A stretch of 64,000 bases of DNA from the NCBI GenBank assembly GCA_013265495.1, contig MU058781.1:12280440-12344439 (forward strand), read 5' to 3'. The stretch comes from Vicugna vicugna. Taxonomy: Eukaryota. A program made the translations under genes and the position numbers. Shown here one piece after another: positions 37,961 to 51,800 of the stretch. Each line of letters starts with the position of its first letter. Position 1 is the first letter of the stretch. The notes beneath the pieces are model-generated. The model saw only the letters and a program-made list of their open reading frames with translations, had not been told where the DNA came from and did not search any database.

Positions 37961-38689
37961 ACTCTAGGTATTGCTCCACAATACAGTGTGGGTGCGTTTT
38001 TCTTTTTTAATGTAAAGAGGGAGAGTGTGGACATAGGCATCTTTTCAGGCAATTTTAGGAAATAAGTTGGAACTTATGGAAGTTGGGGAAGACTTGAGAA
38101 CTCCATGGAGAAAGCAAAGTCAAAGATCCAAGGATGAAAGTCAGTAGAAACTAGAAGAAAGATAGTGAGTTCTAGCATACAGATAAATGGGTGAGGGATT
38201 CTCAACAAATAGAGGAGAATCACTAGTTAAAATAAAATTGAAGGAAACTAAGGCCACTAGCTGAAAACCAAATTACTCATAATGTTTAAGGCAACATCAG
38301 TTGAAATTGATTAACGACACCTTGGAAAATCCCGGTGAAACTACAGAATTCCAGGTTAGAGAGAATCCTGTACCGCTGAGCCTAAGTATACCTCTCCTCC
38401 TCGCTGGTCAATCTGGCTGATCAGACTTCCTTATTATATTAGACACTAGAAAAGACTTGCAGGAAGTCAATACCACCTTGAAATTTTTGTGAAACAGAAA
38501 TTTTTTTCCTGGCTAAGTTAATATTTTAATGTATTAAGGCTTCATAATGATAGTATCGTATATTAAAAAAGAAATTCTCTGCTATTCTGGGAGTCATTCA
38601 GGGATTATCCAAGTACTATTCCAAAATAATCTCCACTGAAATATTTTGAGATCTGGGAGGAGGGTAGTCATAAAAATAAATGTTAGTGG

Positions 38690-38848
38690 CCAGGCTAGGC
38701 TAAGGTAAGAGAGAATTGCCAAGGGTGCAAACTTAAGGAGGTACTCACTCTTGTGTGCTAATTCTGTGCTTGTATGAGCCTGAGAAAGAGTGCCTCCTTA
38801 AATATCGCTCCCTGGGCAGCTGGCTTGCCTCAACCTAGTGACCTCTGA
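38690..38848. mobile_element. MER91-like non-autonomous hAT element
   Basis: Internal inverted repeat ttaaggaggtactc / gagtgcctccttaa. Confidence 0.6.
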
Positions 38849-39199
38849 ATTACATCCAGATGATAGTGACAATTATGATACTTGATAGAATGCAATTTTT
38901 TATATGGAAAGAACTTAACGCAACACTAATACATTAACTGCAGTAAGTTAGAGCAAAATTTCAGAGAACATTAATGAAGCCAAGAGGCTGTATCTGGGTG
39001 AGATGTTAGAATGTACGATGTCTCAGTGTACCAGTTTCCTCATTGTATACAAGGTAGGAGTCAAAATCACTCTTTTATTCCACAGGTTATTAATTTAAAA
39101 TATAAAGCATTAAGAAAGTAATCAATTTGGGGGCAGAACACAGCAAAATTTCATCTTCCCACACAAGTGGACTTAGAGGAGAAGCTTTCTTCTAAGCCT

Positions 39200-40020
39200 T
39201 AAATTCTTTCACTACTAAATAAAAATAAATGAACTAAGTATTCAAAACAAAATTTATAGGAAGTACAACAAAGGGAAGCAGGAGGTAAGACTGATAAAAG
39301 ATAAAATCAATAGATTATAAAATAAAAGACAAGCTCTCTTTAAAATAAATAAATCACTAAGTGGTCTATTGAAGATGCAGAAAGAAAGCACACTTGCATC
39401 AGTCAGAGATGTCAAAAGAAGGTCAAGCCTCAGCTACAGAAAAAGTGACTATATTGTAAAAAGATAATTGATAAAACATTGGAATGTTTTGCAAATATAT
39501 TTTAAATTATGTATAAAGTGGATGATCTTCCAAGATATCTTAAGTTGTCCAAATTGATAGAAGAAACTATTGAACCTTGGGTCCATAGCCATGAAGGAAT
39601 TTGAGAACCTTATCAAAGAACTCTCCTCGTAGTTTTAAGTCTGTATAATTTTACAGACCAATGCTGTCATGTCCCCAGATAATAATAACAATGATAAAAT
39701 TTCCATCTTAGTTAGTTTTTTCAGAATAAGATTTCCCTTTCTTTTCTTGAAATCAGCATAAGCCCATTTCTAGACATGACGTATACGCATAAAGAGCCAA
39801 TGTCACATAGCAATATAGCAGCCAAAGCCTGAAATAAACTATGAGTGAATCATATCCTGTAGCATATCAAAAGAGTACTCAAGGAACAGTTCACCCAACA
39901 TTAAGAACTGTACTAGTATAACTCATAATATTTAACAGTCAAAAGAGAAAAAGCAGACCATCTCATTGTTAGATAGATGTCAATAAACTATTTGGGAAAA
40001 GCAAATTAATTCACATGAAT
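39200..40020 (+). mobile_element. Old L1ME ORF2 fragment
   Basis: Degenerate A-rich L1 motifs (ttatcaaagaactct, atagatgtcaataaactatttgg). Confidence 0.55.
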
Positions 40021-40569
40021 ATTAATGTTAGAAATGAATGTTAGGAAAGAATTGTTAACTTTGGAGACAACTCCTTAGGATGAGGGAGATGGGTTAGAGA
40101 TGTTTCCTATTAGCATACAATCGTATCTATTCTGAAGCCATTAGGAAATGTGAATGGTAACTCTTCTTCAAACCATCAAATGGAGAAAGATAAATTAAGT
40201 GTCTCTGACTCAGATGTTATCTGTCAGAAATCAATCATAGCAGGTGCTCAGAAAGCCTAGAAATGCTGGGACATTGCTGTTCTTACCTCCAACAACAACT
40301 GATGCTTCCAGGGATGTGGTTTCTTGGGAAGCACAAGCTCATTCATTTTTCTGTTTAGGAGATTAGACTTTGATCCAAAAGCTGACAACATAGATTGTCC
40401 TACTGTCTTCCCTCCTGCTGTGATGCTGGAGGGTCTGTCAAAGGAGGAGGAGGGGGAGGATCAGGGAGAACGTGAAGGTAAAGACCAAGGCTCCTCTCCA
40501 ACTGCTCCATTTGTCAGACCTAAGCTGAAGAGAGAAGAGAAGCTTTAAAGTGGATGAAACATTGAGTCC

Positions 40570-41360
40570 ATTTTAAATAAATGTTATACTTTTTACATAC
40601 AAAAAATGTACAAATTATAAATGTACACTTTTCACAAAGTAAAAACATGCATGTGACTAGCACCCAAGTAGCTGGATATTACCAGCAGCTCAGGAGCCTC
40701 CTTTAAGTACTCCCTTCCATCCCTGCTCAAAGGGAATCCTTCACTTGATTCTTAATAGGATAGATTAGTTTTGTCTGTTTTTAAAAACTCTATTTAAACT
40801 TTTAAAAGAAAGTATTATTTGTCTTCTTTCACTTAATATTGTGTTTATGAGACCTGTCCATGGTGGTGTGGTATTTATTCTCGTTGTTGTATGAATAGAC
40901 CATAATTTTTTTTACTCATTATTCTCTTGACAGTTTAGTTATTTCCTTTTGGGCTACTATAAATAATGCTCCAATGAACATTGTTATACATCTTTTTCTG
41001 AATGTCTGTGTACATTTCTAGATGAAATATCTAAGTCATTGGAATGTCTAAATTTAGCTTGGGGAGATACTGCCAAGAAACTTTCCCAAAGTTCTGATTT
41101 ATACTCACATTCATAGGGCATGAAAGCTCCAGTTGCTCCACACTTCGCCAGCGTGTGCTGTTTTCCATCTTCTTTTACTTTGCCCTTTCTGTTAAGTATG
41201 TAGTGGTATCTCACTGTGGTTTTGATTTTCATCTCTCTAACGTCTAATGATGTTGAGCCTATTTATATATTTATAGGCTACTTAGAATTTCTCTTTGATA
41301 ATGTCTTTGTTCAAAACATTTGCCTGTTGGATTGTTTGTTTTCTCACCCTCTCTCTCTTT
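40570..41360 (-). mobile_element. Old L1ME 3' fragment
   Basis: ORF track MKIKTTVRYHY is similar to ORF2 [10 protein letters not shown]. Confidence 0.7.
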
Positions 41361-42386
41361 TTTTCCTTGCATTTGATTTGCCCATCCATTATGCTACTCC
41401 TTTCTTTCTTTTCCTTCTTTTTGTTTACTACAAACTCTCCTTCCTCTCTATACTGTAAATACCCAGGAAACAGCCAGAGTTGTCTTATCTCAGTATCAGC
41501 CTCAGAGCCTGACAATCTAAATTCTTAAAAATACCTGCTCAAAAACACTTGTTGATTTGCATTATAAGAGTCTCTTTATCTGCTAAATTAGCCCAAGGCT
41601 CTATTCCCTGGATTCTACTTGGATTCTAAATGTGGTAAGAATTTCTCCTCTAGAATAGTTGCAGCAAAACCGAAATCAGCTCTCTGTGTAGAGACAATCT
41701 AGGGGGTGTGTTTAAGTGTTAGGAGCCACTCGATAGTTGATAACTATTTGAGAATCTTGGGAAAATATGAAGAAGGTCAAATGATCTTTTGCAATCCTGG
41801 AAAGAAACTTTTCTGGTATGTGATATTGTGCTATAATTTCTTCCATCTTGTTATACCTCCAGTATTCTTCTCCTGCACATAAATCTTCAGTTCATCTGCA
41901 AGTGCCTCTTGTCTTTCTCCAATTTTCACGATATGGCTCAAACTACCTTGCTGTCTCTTCTAGAAGTGCCCACGTCGCCTCTCTTCATGTCCATTCTTTT
42001 CGCATTGCAAAATTTCCAATTCTATTTTCTCTTTCCCATGATTTTTAGTTAACCTGATTTAATCTTCTCCTGGTCATTTCCTGGTCATTAATCTCCTGGA
42101 AATTAGCTAGGAGAAGTAAATATCTGTTTTGCCTAATGGAAATAATCCTGATGTAAATAATTTGAAGATGGCCCATTTAATTTTAGCATGTAAATTTTAA
42201 TAGAATGTAATCACATAAACATCCATGTTTCACAATGTATGAAAACAATAAAAATGTTAATTCTGTGGATTACAGCCTTAAAAGTCTGTTCTGTACTGAG
42301 CTCTATAACATACAGTTCTAGTAGATCTCTGTGTCTATAATCACCTCATGAAGGTACTTATCAGTGATTATATTTTTACAGAGATT

Positions 42387-42392
42387 TTTATT
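42387..42392 (-). terminator. SLC17A2: Candidate SLC17A2 polyadenylation signal AATAAA
   Basis: tttatt on the + strand ~350 nt downstream of the stop codon; usage unverified. Confidence 0.4.
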
Positions 42393-42454
42393 TATCTAGT
42401 TCCTTCCAAAAAGGAAAATTCAAAGTCAACAGGAATTGGTGTTTCATGTTTGCC

Positions 42455-42634
42455 CAGCAGTTGTCAACCTTGGCTGCATGTTCGAAATCCTGGGGAGTGT
42501 CTAAAAATTAGTGATATCTGGGCTCTACCCCAGACCAATTCATTTTCAGAATTTCTAGAGTAGAGCCCATTCACCAATACGTTTTAGAGACTCCCCAGAG
42601 AAATCTAACACACAACCTAAGTTGAGAACTGCTG
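42455..42634. mobile_element. MER5-family hAT-Charlie element in the SLC17A2 3'UTR region
   Basis: Terminal inverted repeats cagcagttgtcaac / gttgagaactgctg. Confidence 0.7.
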
Positions 42635-42737
42635 AGTCTACGACTAAGAATATGAAGAACGAAATACGATAAATTAAAAAATACAATGTTGAAAAGTTAA
42701 TAGTCAGTACTACATTTAAGTTTGCAAGTCTGTAACC

Positions 42738-42872
42738 TCAGAGGCGGGTGAGAGTCCTCTCTTTGGCCCAGTACTGGATTTCTGCTTGTCCAAATGTAAG
42801 GTAAAAAACCAGGCCAAACATGTTGACAGCAGCAGCCAAGAAAAAGACATTCCTCCATCCAGACACAGAATC
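42738..42872 (-). CDS. SLC17A2: SLC17A2 last coding exon (135 nt incl. TGA); PDZ motif TRL
   Basis: ctccag| [44 protein letters not shown]. Confidence 0.95.
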   Translation of the reverse strand, partial: DSVSGWRNVFFLAAAVNMFGLVFYLTFGQAEIQYWAKERTLTRL

Positions 42873-45800
42873 CTGGAGGCAAAAAACACAGAATCACTAG
42901 TCTCACAGTTCCTTCTCCCCCAGTTCTAGAAACCCTCCATTTTGTATACTCTAGCACTGATCCCAAAGAATCTAGGACACAATATACAATAGCCACTTAA
43001 CATCTTGAGTTATCAAAGAAGGTTTGAAAATGTTGGGAAAAAAAAAGGACTCAAAAATGAACATTGGGTTCTGGGTTGGGATGGATTTTTCCTTAAGCCC
43101 AAATAAATTAACCTGCACAAATGTTTTTTTCTAGAAATTTGGATCTCAACACTCATAAAAAAAAGTCATATTACTCATTTAAAATTATGCCTAAAATGAC
43201 AGCATTGTGTTCTGTTTTGTTTTGGTTTTAGCAGTTGACAGAAATCACAACATCTCCTTAGATGGACAGCTCAATGCAATGTGAGTTATATTTGGTCTGC
43301 CTATATGATTCTTCTCATTCAGACCTTGTAAGTCATAGTTCATTTCTGCCATCATAGTCACAGTGGATTCCTAGCAATCTGGTCAAAAATTAACCTGAAA
43401 ACTAGATCACATACAGATGTATTAAAAACAAAATGAATTTTTTTTTTTAAGTTGACTCTCAGTATCCTGCCATCCCAGCCTGGTTCTGCCTTTCCATCTT
43501 CCCTACCAGCCCACACTTGGCACTGAGCAAGCCTCATGGGCCATGCCCCCTGCTGTGTCTCACAGCCATTCTCCTTTTACCCATGACTTCACCTCTTTAA
43601 GCTGGCCTCAGGACCCTTTGTGTTTCCACTTTATGATTTAAAAAAAAATTGGAGTTAATCTGAACAGATTCTTCATAACCTTTCCATTCTGCTCCTGTGT
43701 CTTCATCTCTTACTGTTCCTTCACTCTGTTCATAACCAAGAGCTGTTTCATGCTTTTGTTCCTCTAGGAAGTCATCTATGCTATTTTCTTTGCCTGAATT
43801 GCTGATTTTCATCAATCTAACACCTATTCATTTCTATAAATTCAGCTGATATTTCTCTTTCCCTGGGAAATCTGACCTACCAGACTCTGATTTAGAGTCC
43901 TCTATGAATAGAGTCATTGTGTTGACATCCATGTTTATTTTCACCATCAGACCATACAGTCCTTGAGAACAGAGGCCCTGCTGTGAACCCCCAGTGCCTA
44001 AAACAATACCTGCCATTTGCAGATGTTCAATAAACTGGCCCAACCTGACTGATAAGGAATCCGGTGGCAGTGGAAGAGATGATTCCCGCGATGAGCCCAA
44101 ATCCCCTGGAGATTCCCATGAGGAAACTTGCATATCTGTGGGGAGATGGTTTTCTAGATGACTTTATGTAGAAAGTTGCCTATGGCTTTTCAGCAACTCA
44201 ACTTTAATGCACTTCAGCTCTCATAGCAAAGTCATTTAGCCCTAATGCAGCTTTTTGTTCACCTCAAGACAGTTAGGGTAACGTCTGTTTGCCAATCCTG
44301 AAATCGCCTAGCCACTGACTCAACAACTAGGGAACAACTCCATCTCCCAGGAACCCAGTTTCCCACACGAGCTGCTCAGCATGGCAGGCAGTTTGTACAC
44401 TGGACAGAACAACAGACTCTGGACAAACAGCCTGGGTCCAAATCCTGGCTCTGTCTTTGGGTGATCTTAGGTGTATCACTTAACCTCCTTGGGCCTGTCT
44501 TCTCCCCTATAAAATGAGGATAACAATAGAGCCAACCTCATGTCGTTGTAAGGATTAGATGTGTTGATATATGACAAACCCTTCAAATTGGATTTAGCTC
44601 ATGGCAAGTATATGCATACGTGGTAGCTAATATCATCAATACTCAAGAAGATTTTCCAAGACATATATGTGTGGTTCTTTTCCTAGAACATACAGTCCAA
44701 TCTGTAGTGGGGAAGCTAGGGGACTTTTTCATCTAAATGTTACTGCCCAAGATAGGGCACTGTTGTTCTAAAAATGCCTTAGGTCGTGGCCACATACTGA
44801 CATTTCTAGTTATTTGTTATTACTCTGCCATCATTTTGTGTATGTCAACAAGAAGGAGTTGGAAGAAGACTGTGGCCTAAACTTCTGGAGGGCCTGGGGA
44901 AGGGGACAAACAGGTAAAGCTCTTACCTGGGGGCGATGTCTAAGGTGTTGATGATGAACCCTGAATCACACAGGTTGCTGGTCCCAGGAATAAGTATCAG
45001 CAAAATGATGGTTGTTATGTAACTGGAAGCCACAAAGGGCAAGGCCACAGCACATAGCGATGGAAGGAGGAGCCCTGGGCAATGAGGACACACCGTTAGG
45101 AACCTTCTTGGGCCATGTGTAGGAAAAAGGATTGGTTAACTGAGTCCCGCCTATCCTTACCTAGTGATGAGAAGAGTTTTCGTACAGTGATTAATCTGAG
45201 AAGATTCCTGGACAGGAGAAAATCTGCCAACTGACCTCCTAGAATTGTACAACTTGAGGCAGCAATAAAAGGCAGGGAGGACAGAACCCCACTCTGAAGG
45301 AAGGAAATTTATATAGTGAGTGATTACAGAGATGCATATGACACCAAAGTTTGTCAGTTACACAGACCAAGCAGTAGCCCACCCTCCTGACGTTCTAAGC
45401 TATTTTAAGGAAATTAGCATCCTTTTCCACCATCCTTCCATCCAAGAGGAACACTGTCTCAGGTAAGAGAGCCAGCACTTGCAGTACACTGGTCTCCAGA
45501 GAAGAGCACTATTCATCTCTCAGGGAAATGGAAGAATCAGCCAATCTGTAGTTGCATAGTGGTCAACAACACAGTTGCTGCAGCAGCTCGACCACTCAGT
45601 AGTTGTGTAATTCAAGGCTGGTCATCTCACTTCTACGTGTCCTCATTTCTACACCTGTGCAATGGGAATTATTCCAGTGCCTCTCTCAAGATCATTGTGA
45701 GGGTTAAATGAGTGGTTATTTGAAAAGCCAGAATGTAGCAGGTAGCATAGAACTATTTCTCCTGTTGCCACTAGCATTTTCATAGAAGTAGAGGGAGCAT

Positions 45801-48800
45801 ACTCACGTCACTGATGTTGACATGGAGCACAGAACTGATGTACGTTGGTAGGTATGTTATGATTATGGTGCATAACCAGAAATGGCTGAAAAACCCTGTG
45901 AAAATGGCCCAAAGTGGTAGGCATCTGATCATAGCCTTTATGGGAACAGATCTTCTAGGAGAACTGGACTGAAAGGAAATATCTAATCAACATGGGTATT
46001 ATAACAGGCCAAAGGATGCCTCTCATGAGAGCCCCACCACCTACCCTGCAGATCTCTGCATGGTCCACAGGTAGAAAAAGTGCACTGTACCTGGTGAGGC
46101 AGAGAGGACACGATGTGTTCCTTTTCCCTGACACTTATGCATGGGTGGTGCGAGGGATCATCATAAATCACCGTGAACCACAGAAGACAGCAGACACAGC
46201 CAATGCTACCTGGGAAGCCAGGACCCAATTGTTTTCAAGTAGATGTATGTACTGGGGGAAGGGAGTTTCCTCTTAAGTAACATACCTCCCCCCATCTCCC
46301 ACCCCCCACCAAACACACATATCAATTCATGATTATTTCACCATAAGGACCTAAATTTTCTCATTTCTTCATTTCAATTCATTTACAAATCTCCTATTCA
46401 GCAAATATATCCAGATATCACCTCTCAAATGTAGAGGGCCATTTGTCAACATCAGAGCCCTCTGGAGAGAGAGGAACATGAATGTACCATTTCATAGCTG
46501 ATTAATTACTGTTCAGACTCCAGTGGCTGTAGTGTCATGTGTCATTAGCAGCAATTTCTTAATATACACATTACTGTCTTATTTTTGAATATCTGAATAG
46601 TCAGGATTGAAGAAGAAACTATTCATCTGTATACAAAGCAACCTACCATAAAGTCAGGGTGGCAAGGAAAAATTTCCAACTCATTTGCAAAAGACAGTGT
46701 TATTTGTATTCAAACAATACATCCACAATGAATTTCCAGAAAAATATTTCTTGACAGTACCTGATTAACATGTGTGGGCCAAAATGGCCTGGGATTAGCA
46801 TCATTAATGAGAAAGCCATCCTAGCCAGAACCATATGGAATGATACCATTTAGTCGTAACAACAGAACAGAAACTTGTCTTATTGCTGAGATTTGTCATT
46901 CAAAGAGGTTCTATGTTGAAAGACTCTGTGGACTAATATTCTTTAAATTCCCTCTAAAATCACTGGATTTATCCATTCTTTTATTTGTAAAGCTGTAAGT
47001 CTGGCACTATAATAGTGCCAAAGTGACTAAAAAATTATAGGATGGGTTTCTTGCTTCAATTATTTTACAGTCTAGTGGAGAGGGAAAGGGGGAAATAAAT
47101 AATTACACACCAACAACATAGCCTAGAGAAGAAATGATCAGTAAGCCTCCTAGAGGACAGCAAGCCTTGCTCTGATGGGATAAGCCTTGGTGGTCCCCGT
47201 AGGGAAGGGTATATTTAATGTGAGCTTTGTAAGATTCACCTGGTAGAGAACAGATTAAAGGCATCTTGGCAGAAATAATAATCAATAAAATATGAAGACA
47301 CATTGAAAATGTGCATCACCAGCTATGACATCTTAACCACAGAGAACAACTTGACCTGGGATTTCAGATGTGGTGGCAGAGATTCTATAGCAGATGCCTG
47401 GGCTGAGAGGGTAAGGCTGTCCTCCTGATTTCTCAGAAGTCAGCACCATGCACATCATCATCTCCTAGACTAGAATAAGAAATCTACTAATCCTCAACGT
47501 TCTTCTTCATTTTCCATTTAACAAAGAGCATTTTCTCTCAAATGGGAAGAATGTGGGCAGTGGGTAATGGAAGCATCAAAACAAACGCCTGGGAAGTGAA
47601 GGTGTTAAGATTTAAGAGAAAGTAACTCACCAAAGATGTAGAAGATGAAAGGCCAGCCTAAGGCCTGTGAGATTAGTCCCCCAACACAGAGGATGATGAA
47701 GGACCCAAATGCTACCCCTGAAAAGAAGAGGGAGAAAGAACACTTAGGAAAATAGCAAAGGCTGAGACTGAGTGGCTTCCCTGGACATTGTCCCAACAGA
47801 GAGGTGGCAGACTTAGAATTACTGGGTAATAAGCATTTTTCTTTCAGCTCACAGATCTCCCACAGTAAAGTCCTATAAAGTAATTAGAATTAATAAGTGA
47901 TATTGATGTCTCCTGGCACTTCAATGGTTCTTTAACACCTATTTGACCAAATCCAAATAGTCTGTCATAGAAACTCTGCAGACATAGCCTACCAGTATTT
48001 CCTTGTAGTTAGAGTTACATTCTGGCAGGAGCAATGTGAGATTGGCAACAGAAAAGGAAACTCTTACAAAAATTAATAAGATAAAGTCCTTGACCTCAAG
48101 GAGATTTCAGTCCAGTTGGAGAGAAAAGTGCGAACAAAATTCTCTATTATAAGTGTAATACAATGTAGACTTTGGAGTCTGAACATATTTTACAAAGACT
48201 AACAATAAGAAATGCATCTTACATGGCAATACAATATATCCACAAATACACACACACACATACCTCTCAAGCAAAAGTTTCATGAATCAATATCCAGCCT
48301 TACCATGTGTAATTCACTCCAATAGTTTCTTTTCTAGTGCCTTATTTTTAAATACTGGTTTTGACCCTGCTAAATTGATTTTATGACCCCTCCAATGGGC
48401 CCCAATATGAATTTTGAAAAAAAGGGGATGTGAAATACAAATATGATAGTAAAACTACAAGTTTCTATAAAAGTATACATAAGGATAAAATTAAAACAGA
48501 TGATAAAATAAACAAATTGCTTACATGAGCTAAGCAGTAGGACAGATGAAATTTGGGTAAAAGAAGCTGGGATCAGAAGACCCTCCAGGCAAATGAGTCA
48601 GTAGAAATAGAGTCAGAGAGCAGTTAAGTGCAGATTGTAGGCAGCGCAACCTGAGCCTTGCTTACAGAGGGCTGCTGAGGGGAAAGGCAGGTTGAGATCA
48701 AATGGTAAAGCATCTTTATATCCATGCAGGAAGCAGGTCAGTCTTTTTCTGTAATCATGGAGGAACACAATGAAGATTCCCAAGCAGACTGGCAAAAATA

Positions 48801-51800
48801 CCCCATCTGGGCTTTAAGAAGATAACTTGGCTTTGATGGGAAGAGAAGTATGAAGGAAACAAAGCTAGAGGAGAGAGAAGACCAGCTGAGAGCATCTGTA
48901 GATAGAAGAGATGGTGACAACCACAATGGAAGGAACCAGAGTGCAGGAGGGCTGCTTTAGAGACGACATCTACAGGATGGAGCCGAGCATTAGACCTGGG
49001 AGTCAGAGGCTTGATGAACCTCATTCTGTTCTTCAAGTAGACACTCTCAGTGCTATCAGTTGGGACAAGTAGCAATGACAAAGTTGCGGAGTCCTTAGTA
49101 TGATCACACATGATAGAGGGACAGTCTAGCATGGGGACTGAGAGTGTGCACTCTGGGACCAGACTGCCTGGGCTCAAATCTCACTTCTACCCCCTGCTAG
49201 CTATTTGTGTCTGGGCAATTTACTTTATCTCTGTCTACTTTAATTCCCTTCTTTATAAAATGAGAGTTAAAAATAGTACTTATATTAAAGAGTGTTGTGA
49301 AAATTAGCTAAAATAGTAAAGAGCTCGTTATAATTTGGGCTCTTTCAAGTCCACTTTCCGGCCTGATTTAGCTCCATATCACTGATAGCCTTAATTCTCA
49401 CTTGTATATCTTTGCTAAAATGGTGTTTATACAGTTTATTTGATCTTTTTCCATTTATGCAAATTCTTAAAGTTCTAAACTTTTTCCTACAATGCTTTTC
49501 TGGCTAGCTCACGATGGTCTTTTCTGCTTCTGAATCTTGGTGGCTTTACAGCACAAATGTATCTTTCTTATTGGTTATGTGACTTACATTTTTGAATTTT
49601 TCTGTAGCACTTTTTCCTCTGTCCTCCAAACCATCTCATGTATAGAAGGAAAAATGTGGTAGGGTGAAGCAGATTGCCAAGTTGTGACTCATGTATACAT
49701 ACATCCTTACCTGATCCCGCAATGCTGGTGAGTTTGCTTCGTTCAAGTGGTGGAGCCCATTTTGCCCAAATTGTAAACTGACCTGTCCATGCCATTCCCT
49801 GAAATGAAAATCATTAAGACCTTTGATCTCTAATAGAATTCAGGAACTTGTACCCTGTACCTTGTACAGAATGAGAAAGTGGCTGGATACCTGGGCCATG
49901 CCCTGAATGGTCCGAATCACAATAACCAAAATCACTCCGAAGTCGGCAGCCAATGGTGTAGAGAGGGTGAGAAGGGAGGAGATCAGCAAGCCAGCACCAA
50001 GCATCTGTTTTGCACCAAATATCCCCGCTAAATAGCCACTTGGGATCAGAGTCAGTATTATCCCATAGTTGATGGAGCTAAAGATGATACCCTGAGTCTC
50101 TGGACTCCATTCATACACAGAGGCCTGGAAAAAAGAAAAAGGAAAATTCTTTGCTAAGAAGTTCTTTCATGAAAAACTAATATAGCCAGAGCTGCTTGGG
50201 GTTGGTGGGACCCTCCAATAAAATATCATTATGGTTTTTCTCTATTTTTTTTTACCAAATTTAAGTATTCCACTTTTTCCAAACAACAAATTATATCCCT
50301 AATTTGCTCCTCTCAAAGAAAGAAAAAAAAGAGAGGAAATGAAGAATAAAAGAGAGAAAGAAATGATTACATAAATAGATGACAGGAAGATGTAAATGAA
50401 AGGAGCCACTGGGAGAGAGTTCATATCTCAATGAAATTATTGTGAAAGAGTGTCCTTTAACTGTTTTGATTCTGGTAAAATTTGGGTGACATACTGACTC
50501 TCATTTCAAAATAATAATAATAATAATAATAATAATAAGGAAAACACATCTTTACTAAACTCTTATCAAAATCAGTCCCTAAAATCAAGTTTAGGAGTCA
50601 TGGGCTGCCCTAACAGGATTGAATTCCTAAAACACATATTAAACATTAATAAGATCACATTTTAATTCTGATGTACCCCAATACTAATTTTTGGTAGCCC
50701 ACTAGATACATGGCATCATGGTATAAATTGAAGTAAAGAGCCAAAAAAAAAAAAAGTAAAATAGGAAATATTTTATCCACCTAAAATTACTATAAATACT
50801 GTAAAATATATGATTCATGTCAGAATTCAGGTTTGAGGATGAATAGCAGTAAAACAGGGACTTTGAAAAGAGGGAAGAACAATTTGGGAAAGTCACAGAG
50901 AGGAATGAGCACTTGAACCATTCTTTGGAGAATGACTATGATTTGTATAAAGAGAAATAAGATGAATTCATTCCTACTGAAGAAAACAGCAAATGTGGAG
51001 GTGCAACATTTGGAATGAGACCCAGTGATCAGAAGCGAACTGGGACTCTGACTTGCTCAGAGCAAAGACTGTCTCTGGGCCATTGATAGCAGATATGAGT
51101 GTGCTGAGAAGCGGGCCCAGATTCCAGGAGTTCAGCATGTCAACAGAGGAGTTGGCAAATTGAAAGTATCCTGAATTCTTGAGCACAGGAGTGTGAATAT
51201 ATAGAATGAATGATAGAAGAAAGACTGGAGGCAGAGAGGTCATTATAAACAAACTGGCTCCAAGGTAACAACATCATAAAACATAAGGATGACTTTAGAA
51301 ATGTACAGTAAGTGATAGTTTAAAGGAAAAAATTTAAATGGGGTATAACCATGATTCTCATACAAATACAAAATGATCATGTGATAAAGATTTTATTTAA
51401 CTCATTGATTAACGGGAGAATTGGTAAAATGTTACAACTGGCCCAAAGGAGAATTCAAAGAACCACACATTTATAAGCAGGAAGTAATGCTGAAATAGAT
51501 TTTAAATATATGGCAAAACTTGCTTATTCAACTGAAGGGCAAGTGGAGAAGAGTATCAGTTGCTTTTCCACAGGACAAAATTCATTTGAAGAGCTATGAG
51601 CAAGAATCATTTGCACTAATATTTATTATATAGAACTTCCAAAGTTGTAAAATGGCTCAAAGACCATGAAAAAGTACAGAGACCTGCATAGAATCCGGCA
51701 GGAGGGTGTGCTTAGTGAGTGCCTAGCTTTTCATTGAAGATACCCAGTAATCGGTTACTTTATAGATGTGTTCACAATGTTTTCCTATAGTACCCCCCCA

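Noticed and set aside
48613..49307. Overlapping ORFs of up to 140 aa in the SLC17A2 intron
   Set aside because: They overlap L2/MIR remnants and show no recognisable homology.
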